The position numbers and the translations under genes were made by a program. A stretch of 64,000 bases of DNA. Origin: Camelus dromedarius (taxonomy: Eukaryota). The DNA lies in assembly GCF_036321535.1 (NCBI RefSeq), contig NC_087436.1:43340001-43404000 (forward strand), given 5' to 3'. The notes beneath the pieces are model-generated. The model had not been told where the DNA came from. It did no database searches and saw only the letters and a program-made list of their open reading frames with translations. Shown piece after piece: positions 40,401 to 54,189 of the stretch (positions are counted from its first letter, which is position 1; each line of letters begins with the position of its first letter).

Positions 40401-42924
40401 CATTCTTGTACCAAATAAAGCTGAATTTTTGTACACATTTGCTGCATATTTAAATGCAAAATGCAGATCATGCAAATCCAAATCCAATTTAGTATAAAAT
40501 GTTTAACATTTTTGTATAACAGGTTTTCATGTATTATTTATTTGGCAAATTATTTATTGAGTACCTAGAAGGTGCAGCAACTGCTGGGAATATAAGTAGG
40601 ATCAAGTTATTTTATGGGGAACAAGATGGAAAAGTGTAGAATGTAATGATTGAGTTTATTTAATTATAAGGAGAAAAGATTTCCTTTAAGAAATAACATC
40701 TAATCTGAGACTTGAGAGATGAGTGGCCAATTTTGCTTGTTATTAATAAAAAATTTTCACTATCATTAAAAACATTTATCACTTAAGTAAAACCATCTGA
40801 AGTCTAAACCAACAACTATGACATGTTCCCCACATGTGATTTAAATAATGTATTCAGTCATCAAAACACCTTGATTCCAAAGCAGAACAAGGCAAGATTC
40901 TGCTGAGAATAGTCGTCATGCCAGCAAAAATTTCCCCAAGAATTGTCAATGATAATGAATTTTTTCACATTAAAGGATAGATCCTTCCTTCTATTAAATA
41001 TTCAGTTTCTTATTACTTTATTACTAAATGGTCCTTAATGTTACTAGGATTGAGACAGTTGAATTAGTGATTAATTTAGTTCAGTGAATGCCAGCTTTAT
41101 TAATTGGGAGCGAATGCCCAGTCTAGACTGTTACCATGGAATGAAATTATGTTCCTTTAAGGAACTAATGATTATTTAGAAATATACTCCTTTTAAACTT
41201 AAAAGCAATCAACGTACATAGAAGCGTCCCACTGATATGTGTTAATGCTGAGCTTGAAAATGTAAAGTGGTAAATGGTACTAGATATATGCAGTAAAAAT
41301 CTTATTAAAGGCCTAATTAAATGAAAAGATAGTCTGAGTTAGTGAAAATTATACATTATAGTTTTTAAAAAAGAAATTCTATTCTTTAAAATATATAAAA
41401 TACTAGATTTCTGAAGTCTGATAAAAATAATATATGCTTTGTAATACCTTTGAAGTGCTTGAAAATAGTTTGTTCATGGATGGTATAGATTAAAATGTTC
41501 CCATACAATTCTGTTTGTACTGTCAGTGCGTTGATAATGGATCAATGTGGAGGTCACCACACTGTCCCTAATGGGTCTTTCTGTGTCTTTTTTCACAACG
41601 ATCCTCCCCCTCCCCATCTCTGCTATTCATCCTTGGTTTCACTTTTTCCCATGTCTCCCTTTGCCTTTCTGACCTGAGGAGACTGATTCCAAATATAGTT
41701 CCTACAGGGACAAAGGTGTAAAAACAAAGAAAAACGAAATCAATGGGTTACTCGTCCACTAACCAACAAGTGATGGGGCACAGACTTAGGAAAACTAGTA
41801 AGCAGGCCAAGCCAGCTACAGATGTGACAGATTTTTTTTTTCCCCAAGTGGCAGGATTTCTTCCCTTCCATCTGAAGGGTTTTTGCATATACTTATGGTG
41901 ATTCCAGGCTTGAATATTTTAACCTGTAAGAATATAAAGTCATAAAATGGGTTTTCCTGTGTAGCTTAGTCACTCACAATTCATAATCATATAAAAATTG
42001 GTCATGGCTCAGTTTAGAAAGTGATCTTTCACTTTGATTAGAATGAAGCTTTTTGGGGTATATTTTCTCAAAACTATATGGGAAGCAGGCTTTCCAGAAT
42101 GAACACTTGATAAGCAAAACTGTTTTCCCTTCAAACGATTTAAAAGGCTTCCCAGGGCTTTTATACCTTATTTTACTATTCCTGATATTTTAGACTCTTT
42201 TAGTGATAAGGAATAACAATGGAAAATAGGACCATTAGAAGGTGACTGTAATATGATAGACGGCCCTAACAAACAAAACCAATTTCACCTCGATGAGCCA
42301 CACACAAATCTCTCCCCCGGGAGAGCAACTGTGAGTGTTTTGTTCTCAAGATCATCTCAGAGCCCAGTGAACCCACATGGCAAGTGCATCATTCTCTAAA
42401 GTCACAAAGGACCACAGCCAGGTTAGCCAGAACTGCATCTGCCAGAAGCAAGACTTTAAGAATGTCAGGGTGGTGACCAGCTCTCCTCTCTTAAATTAAT
42501 GGTTAAAACAGCTTTATATTTTCATCTTTGATTAGGTTTGAATATTTTTTTGCTTTTGTTCTTGTGTAGGTTGCAACTGTTTTACTAGGAGAACTTGAGG
42601 AGTAAGTGAGCGTTCTCTAGGTTTTAATTTCCCTTTTTAAAAAAATAAAGGGGTTATAGGAAATATTCTGCAACTTTCTATCTTTGAAACTATTCTCTGA
42701 GATGCTCTGATTTGGGGAATTAGCGATTTTATTTATGTATTAAAGTATGAATTTAAGAAGAAAGCCACTTACTATTTTGCATTACTTTTATATTAATGGC
42801 TATCCCTAAAATACTTTTTGGCAGTTGGTTCTTCTAAGTGGTTCGATGTTCCTTTTTGAACTTTGTCTAGAATATTTATGGATAAACATTGCTAGGTGTT
42901 GAGCAGCAGAGGCTTTACAATCAG

Positions 42925-43130
42925 CCTACTTGAGAGGTTCCAAATTTTGATCCACTGTTTACCAGTCATGTGACTTTGAGTGCATTGCCCAATTTTTCTT
43001 AGCCTCAGTCTCCTCATCTTTGAGATGGCAATAACAATAGTATCTCATAGGACCAATGAGAGGAATCAATGAGACAAGGCATCTGGAATGTTTTGTATAA
43101 TGCCTGGCACACAGGAATTGTTAGATAATT
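42925..43130 (+). mobile_element. MIR SINE
   Basis: tgtgactttgag...agcctcagtctcctcatctttgagatggcaataacaatagtatctcatagg. Confidence 0.7.
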
Positions 43131-44949
43131 GCATTTACATATTCTTACATTTCTTTTCTCGACTAGATTGTATCTAGACAAAGAACACTTCTTGATGTGT
43201 CACCCTACACACCCAATCTAGAAACCTGGTGGTCATCCTTACACCCAATCCATACCTGTTGATTTCACCTCTTAAATATTTCTTGAATTCTTCTTCTCAT
43301 CCCTGACTACCAATGCCCTTATTGAAGAAATCCCCACCTGGATGATAATAGCATCTGTCCATGTTTTCCAGCCTATAGTCCACAGAGCTGCCAATGTGAC
43401 GTTTTTCTAATACAAATATTACCATCATTTCCTCTCTTCACCAAAACTCCGTTGCCTAAAGGGCAATTAGCTTGGCTTCTAAAGATCTCAAAAAATATGG
43501 TGTCTGCTCACCTCTTTTGCATATCAGGCTTTAGGGAAAAAAAAGACCATAGGATGTTCTCTGTGAGAACATCAGGAAAGGAGTAATCAACTAGGTAGAA
43601 AGAGAATCAGAACAGTACACAGTACATCAGAACAGTTCTGCAACAAACATCAACAGTATTTTTCCTTTTTCAAAATGGTAGGAATGCTGATCTATAAATT
43701 AAGTAATGAAACAGCTCAAGAAAATATAGCAGGACAGGCTCATACCTGGGCATCTTTCTATTCTGCCAAGGAAAGTGTCTGTCTACCATAAAATTAATAA
43801 GCTTTTGGAAGGCAACAAAAATAAGTGCTGATAACTCTATGAGATTTAAGCTTCATTTTAGGAAAAAGAAATCATAGTTTGTCTGTGTTCAGCCTACGCC
43901 TCAGACAGACCGTAACCCCTAAGTCATGAATAACGCAGTGCTTCACTTGACCTTATTTCCCCAGCCACTACTGACCAGCAGCATCCAATATGCTGAGAGA
44001 ATAATGTCATAAACAATCCTCAGCAACTCTGCCTTCTGGAAGTGCTGCTCCTGCCAATGACATCACAGCTTGTCAGCTCAGTATGCCACTGGCATGTGGG
44101 TTCGCTTTAAATGGTGATAATAAATAGCATCAGACCATGCAGTTGCGTTGCATTTTGAGATCACATTACAAAGCAGCGTGAGGTCCTGGGCAAGGCAGAA
44201 GGACTGATGCTATTTTACTATCTCTTTAGCATCACTACGTACTTGAAAAGAAAAAGAAATCATGTGGAAAATGTGAACATAACCATCTAACAACTGTTTC
44301 AGAACTGTGGTTTACGAACTTCTTTCTTATGTGCTTTACGGGAAATCATCGGAGAAAGCCATTAAGGGTCCTATTTTCAAGATAAATACACTGAAGTTCA
44401 GTTGAGTTTTCCAAGGTCACGCAATGAAATGTGGCTCTCAACGTGTTTTGTCTTCACATTTTATGTATTTATCCCATGAGCAGAAACAGATAGGACAGTC
44501 CTGGGTGGTGTCTGCTGTTTTGCAGTCATATTCAAGATACGGGAGCAGGGCCCCTCTTGAGAAGCCTGGGCTTCGACTATTGTTCTCTGTAATAGCGTGG
44601 ATGGTCATCTGCTGGCTTTGATTCAGTAGCCAGTTGTAAAAAGTGAACAACACTTGCATAGAAGCAAAGCAGAAAGCAGCCTTCCTTGGGGACCGCTTGA
44701 ACTCAGTAAATAGCTCCATTAGCTTAAGGTGGCAGATATGCACAGGGATACAGATAGAACTCACAAAGGCACTGTTTCTCTCTGCCTTTACTAATTGGGT
44801 CTAACTTCTTTCAGTGGTTACTGCTTAACAGGACTGGGCAGATGGTCCTTAGAACTGAAGAGACATTAAAGGTTCATTTAGCCCATCCACCTGTTCTTAA
44901 GCATAACTACCCTTAACACAATTCCAGATTTTTCAAAGTTACATTTCCT

Positions 44950-45450
44950 TAAAATTTTTTCCTAATTATAAAAGTCACATAAGCTCATTGAAAAGATTTT
45001 GAACTATACAGAAAATTATCAAGAAAAAAATTAAAAGCACCTACAATTCAATACTCTATATATGACTCATTGTTACATTTTAATGTGTTTCCATTCAATT
45101 TTTTATTTCTATGTTTTTATCATTTTCAAAATTAACTTCATTATATTCTGCTTTTTTCTCTTAATATATGAGAGAAGCTTGATTAAATGCTGAGAATCTT
45201 CCTATTAAATATTTTTGAAAAATATTAATTTAAATGGCTGCATTTTCTTGTATCAGATAGATGTATCAAAATATGTTTACCCTTGTTTCCATGGTTTAAC
45301 AGTCAAGTTTACTTTGTTATTAATAAAGAATGCTGCAACGATCATTCATTTACATAAATGGTTGTTCAAGTGTCTGGTTATTTCCTTAGACAAATTCTTA
45401 GCAAGGAAATTACTGGCTGAGGGAGTATTAAGATTTTGACTTTTATTACA
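44950..45450 (-). mobile_element. Old L1 (L1ME-like) fragment
   Basis: taaatggctgcatttt...aatgctgcaacgatcattc...atttccttagacaaattcttagcaaggaaattactgg. Confidence 0.6.
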
Positions 45451-46574
45451 ACATTTTTGTTTTTTTAACTATAACTATGACTTTTTTGTTTTCAAGAAAG
45501 CACCATCAATACATTCACCAACTTTGAATGCATGTTCTATACTTATGTTTGAATTTGCTAATCCAAAAGTTTGTAAAAATCCCTGAAATATATTTTATTT
45601 TTAAAGCATTCAGAGAATGAGATCTGTTATCCTCCCTTGACAAAACCCTGCATGACTGATTGGAGACAAACCAACTTTGAATATAACAAAGGCTGAAATG
45701 TCACAAACACTTGCTGTTGTTGCTGTTGTTGTTACACGATGCAGAATAAAGCTAGGAACAAGAGATAAAGTGATACAGAACGCGAAGGTAATTTAATCAT
45801 CTATTGATCATACCATATTTCAAATAAAAGATTTCTTGGTGTCTTAATAACATAAATCAAGTGTATTTTTTCCCTTATTTGTCAAAAAGGTATTTCACGT
45901 TTGTCAAACTGAGTATTTAAACTCTTGTATCTCCTTCTATATTACAAATTCTCCTCGTTCCACTTTACATGGGAAGGCAATGAAATCATTGACCAGTCAC
46001 AGTTACTAAAATTCACTGATAAACTGAGCATGAGAAATGAAACAAACCCTCCACTTTCCAAGATAAAATTTGACATAGACCCAGGTAGCAGATTTTCAAG
46101 ACAATTGTTATCTAAATCTACTATTTTTGAGCCCACTGAATCACCTCACTGTGGACAGGAACATCACTTACTTTCCTTTTTCTCCTTCCCTTCCTCCTTC
46201 CCTCCCTTTCTCCTACAATGGTAAGTAGGTATGAAAAAAACAAAAACAAAAACAAAAACAAAAACAAAAAAACTTTCCAGCCCAGTAAAGTCAGATACTG
46301 ATTATGATTTCTTACAAAAAATGTACTGAACTATTTCCTACAAAAATGCAATGTTATCAATAATCAAATACAATGGGATTGCACATTTCAATGCCTAGAA
46401 GATGAAATTCTATAGTAAATAAAAAATTATTTTTTAATATCTCTTTCAGAAACGTTGCCTGATTAAGTGGATCGATCTACAGTTTACTAAGCTCAGGTAA
46501 TAGCCTGACAACTGGGCTTTAGATAATACTGATACTGGAAGAAAGTTATCAGTTCCTAAGAATATACTGCATAC

Positions 46575-46735
46575 AGCAATGTTTTTCAAAATGCAGTATT
46601 CTTAACACCAACAACAGAATCTCCTGGAATGTTTGTTTCAATGCAAATTCCTGAGCCTTTTCCCAAGTTACTAAGTCAGAATTTCAGTGGGGTTTGGAAT
46701 ATCTTTTATGAACAACATCCTCGAATAGTCTGCAT
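46575..46735. mobile_element. MER5-like MITE
   Basis: agaatctcctggaatgtttgtttcaatgcaaattcctgagcc...aagtcagaatttc. Confidence 0.55.
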
Positions 46736-47465
46736 CTAAAGCATAATAACTCTTGGTGCCAAATATCACCCCAAGGATATTTAACCAGATCACCAAATCC
46801 AATACTACTTGAGAAAAGCAATGGTTTAGTAATTATTTATGAATATACTGCCTTTTCTTGGATCAGAGGCACTGTTGGAAAACAGCCATCCATAAAATAT
46901 TCGGGCATTTAACAAAACTTCTTGGAATCACTATTTACAGTTATTTGTTTGATTCAGATTAAAGAGATAAATAGTGCTTAAGCACCCATGCTAGACCCTC
47001 TCCCCGTGTGCCTCAGGTCTACTTTGGCATCCAGGGTCCCTGTCTTTCTTCCCCATCTGCCATCTGCCACCACACCCATGTGCAATAGATATGGCAGTGG
47101 CACAGTACATCAGATTATAATGGGTTTTCAGGGGGTGATTTTGAGGACATCCCTTTGAAAGTGTAAGAAGTTCCATCAAGTCAAAAGATCCTTGTTCAGG
47201 ACATAAGGATTCGAACTGGAGAGAAATATTTCACCAGTCACATGGATTGAAATGTGGTAATCACACAAATAAATTACTATATGGGAGTATATGGCGTGAT
47301 AGATATAAAAAGACATCCGATCAAAAGAGACAGTTATTGCGTGTCAATATTATTCATTGTTCTCATTCATAGTCAAGGAGAATTCAATTTACTGAAACAT
47401 CTGATCACTTCTCTACTGCCGTCTTTGATTACAGCTAATCATGTAGCACTAATTTGGATATGAAG

Positions 47466-48012
47466 GTGGTGTTTCTCAGACTTTAGTAGATACACGAAAA
47501 TCTTTTTAAATGCAGGCTTTGATTCTTAGGTCTGAGGTGGGGCCGAAGAGCCGGTGTTTCTTTTTTTTTAATTGAAGTATAGTTGACTTACAATGTTGTG
47601 TTAGTTTCTGGTGTCCAGCATAGTGACTCAGTTATACATTCTTTTTCATATTCCTCTTCATTACAGATTACTGTAAGCCATTGAATATAGTTCCTTGTGC
47701 TATACAGTAGGGCTTTGTTGTTTATCTATTTTGTATGCGGTAGTTTAGATCTGCTAATCCTAGACTCCCAATTTATCCTTCTCTCCTCCCTTCTCACCAC
47801 ACCCCGGTAACCATAAATTTGTTCCCTATGTCCGAGTCTCTTTCCGTTTTGTAAACAGGTTCATTTGTGTCATTTTTTTATATTACACGTATAAGTGATT
47901 TCATATGGTATCTGTCTTTCTCTTACTCACTTAGAATGATCCTATATTTCTCACAAACTACAGATAATACTAATGCTGCTGATCTGAGGACCACACACTT
48001 TGAATAGCAAGG
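47466..48012. mobile_element. MER5-type hAT-Charlie MITE split by the L1 at 47561-47940
   Basis: gtgtttctcagactttag...taggtctgaggtggggcc before the L1; gctgctgatctgaggaccacacactttgaatagcaagg after it. Confidence 0.7.
47561..47940 (-). mobile_element. L1 3' UTR fragment inserted into a MER5 element
   Basis: Poly-T then attgaagtatagttgacttacaatgttgtg...cttactcacttagaatgat; MER5-like sequence continues on both sides. Confidence 0.85.
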
Positions 48013-48493
48013 CACCATAGAGCATCTTAAAATCTATGCCGATTCCACCATACATGAGGTACTTTCAATCTTGTTTTAGGAGCATGAGGGAAAAAGTTGG
48101 CTGAAATAGCTCAACATTTCATAAATGTATTCAAGTTCTTACTAGATAGCCAAAATTACAAATCCATGGTACTTTTCATAATAGTCATCAACTACGTACT
48201 CCTTTTGTCATAATCATGCATTAGTTCCTCAGTGTTCACAGAACTGGCCCCATTCTTTCTCATCCTTGCCTTGGACACTCTTCCTGGATGCCCAACTCTG
48301 CCAATCAAAATTTTACACATTTAAAGCCCATTGAAATATTATTTTTCATGAAGTTTCTCCTGATGGCCTCAATAAAACGGAATTTGCCTTCCTTTTCAAT
48401 TCTAATACTTTTCACATAGACAAATGATTAAAACACTGTCTTCTGAACACCTGCTGGGACTTGGCCATGTACTACCTTCTCATCTTCTATAGA

Positions 48494-48680
48494 CCAGTTG
48501 TTTATTCCCAAATCCACTGGCACATTACATATGAGGAGACGTAGGAAAAATACTGAGACCACAAGCCCCACCCAAGACTAATTCAATCAAAATCTCCAGA
48601 GAGTGAGACCCAGGCATCAGAATAGTTTTAAAGTTCTCCATGAGGATTCTAATGTGTGGCCACAGTTGAGAATCACCATC
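48494..48680. mobile_element. MER5-like MITE
   Basis: cccaggcatcagaatagttttaaagttctccatgaggattctaatgtgtggccacagttgagaatcac. Confidence 0.7.
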
Positions 48681-51600
48681 TTGGATGACAGCCTCTCTAA
48701 TGGCTTGCACTAGGTCTTAGGCATAAACATTTATAATAGGACACTCAGTTCAACTCAATAAATATTTACTGAGCACCTTGAACACAGTAGGCACTTAATA
48801 AATACACATCAAGATGAACATGAAAATTTGCCATCTTTGAATACTGGGAAGAAAAAGAAAGCACATCTATCAAAAATTTTTATCGGTTGCAACATGATCT
48901 CTAGTGATACAATGTCAATGTTAAACCAAATCCTTTCTGTTAAAAAAAAAAATGTTTGACATTGCTGATCTATTCCTCAACTCCTCTGCCATCAGATGTC
49001 CACTCTGGGAATAAGGATTTTCCATAAGACTGGGTCCAATTTACTTTTCTTTTTTCAGAAAAGCACTTTTCTCCTCCCTTCAAGTTGAATAGATAATAGA
49101 AATCATTAATGGAATTTTCAGCAGCAACCATACTGGAAATAATCCATGGACATCCAAGGTAGGGCACACTTTTTGCCGCTGTCAAACAAAATTAATCACA
49201 AGCTTCCAGCCTGCTGAGTAGAGGCAGCCTGGGCGCCATAGGATGAGGTGTTTCTATGGCGTGGCAGCCGTCGATGATCAGCAGGAGAGCCAAGCTGTTT
49301 TCAGAAAACACTGCAGTGGGTTTCTGTGTCTTCCCTTCTTTTCTTTCTTTTTTCCAATTCCTAAGGGAGAATCTCCTGGCAATGCACCCAGGAGATTTTC
49401 TTGCCATGGAAACAAGAAAATGGAGTATTTGAAAAGCTGGCTGTAGGAAAGAGTGCCGTTCTCCTTGTTTTGTCCTACTTCTTGCCTAGTCTTCTGTAGG
49501 GGACTCAGGGAATGATTTAAATAATTCAGGCTGAGTCCTGGTTTTACCTGAATTACAGATGGTCTAGGTATCCTTGGTTGTCCTGGCCATGTTATCCAGA
49601 TATATCTGTTCTAGTATTTTTCAGTATTATTTAGTAGAGATCTAAATCGTATATGTTCAATCAGTAATAAGAGCTAATTTACTCATTATTTAAAAAATAA
49701 ATTCAATTAACTGAGCAACATTTATATGCCAGGTATTGTGCAAAACTCCAAGAATTAAAGAACAGTGTGGAAAAAATAGGCAGGTCTACTAATAGCACAA
49801 TGCAATTGTCATAAATTCTATAATAGTGTTTGAATAGAGACTGTAAAACTATAATTATAGCACCCAATAAAGAGTCTAAACACATGCTTTGGGAGCTGGA
49901 AAGATGGGACAGTGAAAAAAATTTTGTGAAGTAACTGCTTTTCTAAGAAAAAAGAAAGAACATCAAAGTCATCATGGTAATTTCTTACACTCACATTTCA
50001 GCTGAGTATTGAATAAGGCATTGTTACTGCCTAAACAACTCCCACAACCTCCCTATACAACTCATTAGGGTGATCTCACATCCCGCTCCCATCATGCCTC
50101 TAAGAAAAGTCTTCTAAGTTTGAGAATATCTCATGCTTACTTTATTTGGACACCACAAAGGCCAGTCTGGCAAGAGGACTGGCATTTGAACACCGAATAG
50201 CCTGGCACTTGAACTCTGTAGCCTTCAAAATACAGTCTTCCCCCAGAAATCCGACTGTCTACGTTGCTTGTTTGCTTGTTATATGACTCCACACAACTGA
50301 ATCTCTGATTCATCCCTCCCTGCTGGAGACACCCTGGAAAGGGGATCTGGTTTGAGTACAGAAAGATTGTTACAAAAGCTATGTTTGGGCCTTCTTTCCC
50401 AAACCAAGTAACCCTTAGGTTATCATGAAGCCAGAGCCCCCTTCTACTTGTATCAATAGGGTAATAGTAAAAGTATTGATAAAAGTGGGGGGTTAGCTCA
50501 TAAATGCCTACTCTAGGTACTTGTCTTTCTGTCTGATCTCTCTGGCTGTATAGTGCTGATTTTATTAAAAACAGGGGAGGGGGAGGGTGTACCACTAACT
50601 AAGCCTAGACTAGATTATAAAGCTATTATGGCAACAAAAAGAAAGCAATGAATCCTACCAGGGGTGAGAGTAGGGAGTAGGGAAGAGTAAACATATTAGT
50701 TGATCAAGGAAAGAGGAAGCCTGGTAAAGGAGAAGATGGATTTAATTCTGGGAGGAGTTATCTTGGCAGCCAAGGTAGGCTACGATCCAGGTAAAATACA
50801 AGGTATGAGATAAATGGAGATGTTTATGAAGTCCTACCTGATCCCTGGGCCTGAATAGGGAACTGTACTGTGCATTTCTACAGCCCTCTTTAAAACCATG
50901 TACCATGGGCGTCATCACAGTGAACCATAACTGCTGTTTATAGTCTAGCCTACTATACTGTCAGCTTACTGACGTTTGAAACCATGTGGTTCTGTCTGCC
51001 AGTCCCTGTCTCTAATCTGACTGAAAAGATGTCAGGCATCAGGTCTAAGCCTCTGTCAGCTCCTATTTTATTTAGGCTTTGTTTTTAAATAAAAGTGATG
51101 TAAGTAAGACATGTACAGTATACATTAGAAGTAGTCATTATTTTAGGAATAAGGGATAGTTGTCATCTCAATTTAAAGCAAACTCCATCTTATTCTTAGG
51201 GCTTTATTCTATGTGTTATTTCTCTCTAAATAAATCTAACTAGACATGCTTGGCCCATAACTTCTCTGGGGTGTGATAGTCTCCTTTATGCATCACCATT
51301 ACTGTCATCAAAATTGGATGTTATGATGGGTACTGAGGATTTGCTAAGCAAGTAAATATAAGCATTTCAAATGTCCCAGGGCTTATTGTCTTAAACAGAA
51401 AAGACCACGGCAGAATGGAATGTTAATGACATATGCCATAAATTAATTTAATTAGTGTTTAAGGGTTTTCAAAAGACTCAGTGAATTCAATGGAAGCAGC
51501 AAGTAAAGTCAGGGAAGTTACACCAGGGAATGGCGTCACTGGATCTCTGTTGAAAGAAGTGTAGTACAGTCTAACTGAGCAGGAATGGTTCCTACCCAAG

Positions 51601-54189
51601 AAAATAGTGTTTAATTGGTTGAATCCAAAATTATACTGATAGACTCACAGGGCAAACCAATATTCTGTCTTTCAGACAAATGAAGTGCTTTCCTGATACA
51701 TCAAAACCAGGAAATTCAAGTAACTGCATTTTCGTTGGAACTCAAACTTAGAGTCACTAAGTTTAGTCGGTATTAGAAGAAAAAAAATTCAAACATGAAA
51801 CAATATCATTTACACTAATTAATCCCAGAGTAAAAGTGCCAGGTAATCACGTGCTTGGAGAATCACCACTTCACTTCTAACTAGTACTCATAATTTCATG
51901 AACCTTAGCAATGCTGAGATTTTTAAAATAATAAAGTGAACGTTGGCATTCTAGGAATAGAGCTCAGTAGCGTACAAAGGAAAGCTGATCAACTTTGTCT
52001 AGAAGAACAGAAAGCATTCCAAAACAAGAGAAATGAATCCTGGAAGCTACATTTTAGTTTGGAGAATATAAAACATAATCTCTCTGCACAGAAAGACACA
52101 GAGAGGAGAATTTATGTGCCAATTCTCTGTGTTGTCCAAGACATTCAACTTGGCTTCGGATAATAAGATGGGTTAAATTATTCTGGTCAAGTGTCAACAC
52201 AGAGGGAAATAACATCAATTTACAGCATGGTGCAAAGCTATAAAGCCACCATGCCTAGAAAACAAGATGAAAGGGAGGAGGAGGTTACCAGAGTCAAGCA
52301 GAGGAGATAACTCTGGCAGCAGCACTACAGGTGGAACAGTCATGCATCCCTGAGGGAAGCCAGAAAAGGAGGAATGAATAGGCACTGTGGTAGAGGGAAA
52401 ATGATGAGCTAGAGAGACACACTGGATATTCAGCATAAGAAGGAACAATGAGTCACACGCAGTCCCCAAGGTGAAAGAGAAACATTACCCTTTAATGGAA
52501 AAGTTTAGCATAAATGATGATGCAATAAAGAGATGAACAGCTCTTTTCTTGTCCTATTTAGTTTCACTAGCAAAAAAACCCCACTCTGTTTAAGATATCA
52601 CATAGTTGTGCCAAAGGCCAGATGCATTATTTGACTTTCAAAAGACTGACTGCAATATGTACATCTCATGAACTTATGCAGATCTTCTTCGATTGCATCA
52701 TCCCTTCTTTTACCAAAGTGCACTTTCTCCCCTCTCAGTCTTCCTGAGGTGTGTTCTGTTGCTAACTGTCCACTGTAGCCTGTGCTGGACACCTGGACGA
52801 TGGCCTGCTCTAATTCGGCTCATTTGACGGCTTGTGCCAATAAATTCTAAGATTCTGCTCTCCAGGTGGCAAGGCTGTTTTATAACAAATTGCTGGCTAA
52901 TTAGGGCATAAATGTTCTTTTCTTCATGTCTCCCTGACCTCGCTCGTTCTGCTCTCCTTGCTGATTACATGCCCAGCAGTCCTCTCTCTTTTTCTACAGC
53001 ATCTTCTGTGATCTGCTTACTTCACCTGTTACTTTCAGGAACTTGATTTCATTTACAACTTTCTTAATCTGTTGAGTCTGACATTCCTTACTTGATTCTA
53101 TAACTTTTTAGTGTTGTCCTAAATCTACAGTAGTCATTTACTGTTTATTTATTATAAAATTGCCTACATTTTGGGACACTTAGCCATGTCATTATTCTCT
53201 CTGTAACACAAATATACAGTCATATGAGTCACTTCTGATCACTCCTCTTCTTTTCCTGATCACTCTCTTGATCCTCATTTGATATCAAACTCTACTTCTG
53301 AAATCAGGAAAATCCATTCAGGTGCTCCTCCAGGCACTTTTCTAATCAATTACTAAAATAGTATCTATTTTTACTTGCCTTTCATTATATGATATCAAGG
53401 TAAAATTTTCCAGTTTTTATGGGATACCTATTTGTATGACATTCACAATATAGCAACTGGTAGAAACAAACATGGGTAATATAATTTAAAGGATTTCCAG
53501 GGACCTCTAGTATGCAAATTATTTTAAAATAACAAAGTAAATATTCTTATAATAATTTCCATCATCACTTACATGCAACACACCCAGTATATACATAACT
53601 GCCTCCATTTTTGTGTATCCTTAAAATTCTTTCATTGCGTAGGAGAAATTCACACATGAAGGCAGGAAAAGAAGATTTTTATCTGCTATTCATAAGCAGT
53701 TATTAGCAGATTTGTTTTATTGCAAAGATGTGGCTATAAAGTTCATATAGTTCCAACACCCAGGAGAAAACTGTTTGAAGAAAATATCATAGAGATAAGA
53801 AATAAATAAAGAAACAAAAAATCAAATATCATGGAGATTTATTTTGGTTTTCTTTGGGAGTAGTTGTTCAAATGATTTAACTTGTGATCTTTATGATCTC
53901 TTTAATTTGGGAATAACAGCCCAAATGATTTATTTAATGTCCCAACTAGAGAGACTCATAATAGCATGCTTAGAAAATCAACTAGCTTTACTGAATGGCC
54001 CCAAAGACACAATGATTGTGTGAGCAGTATGGATGGGAGAACAAGCTTGGTCCGCCTACCAGGGAGAAACCAGTTAACTTATTTCCATGCAGCCTGGGTG
54101 GAGTCGGAAAACCAAGCAACCTCAGGCTCACGGTTTGGGCTACCATATGCAAAGTGCAGCCTCAAAGGAATACTTGTTAGACTCTAAGT

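Noticed and set aside
43746..43789. MVDRHFPWQNRKMP with strong donor CAG|gtatga
   Set aside because: Phase 2 from the ATG, and the phase-0 frame has a TAG; at most a non-coding exon, with no further support.
50137..50595. 152-aa ORF
   Set aside because: GTG start, no recognisable homology and no exon signals.
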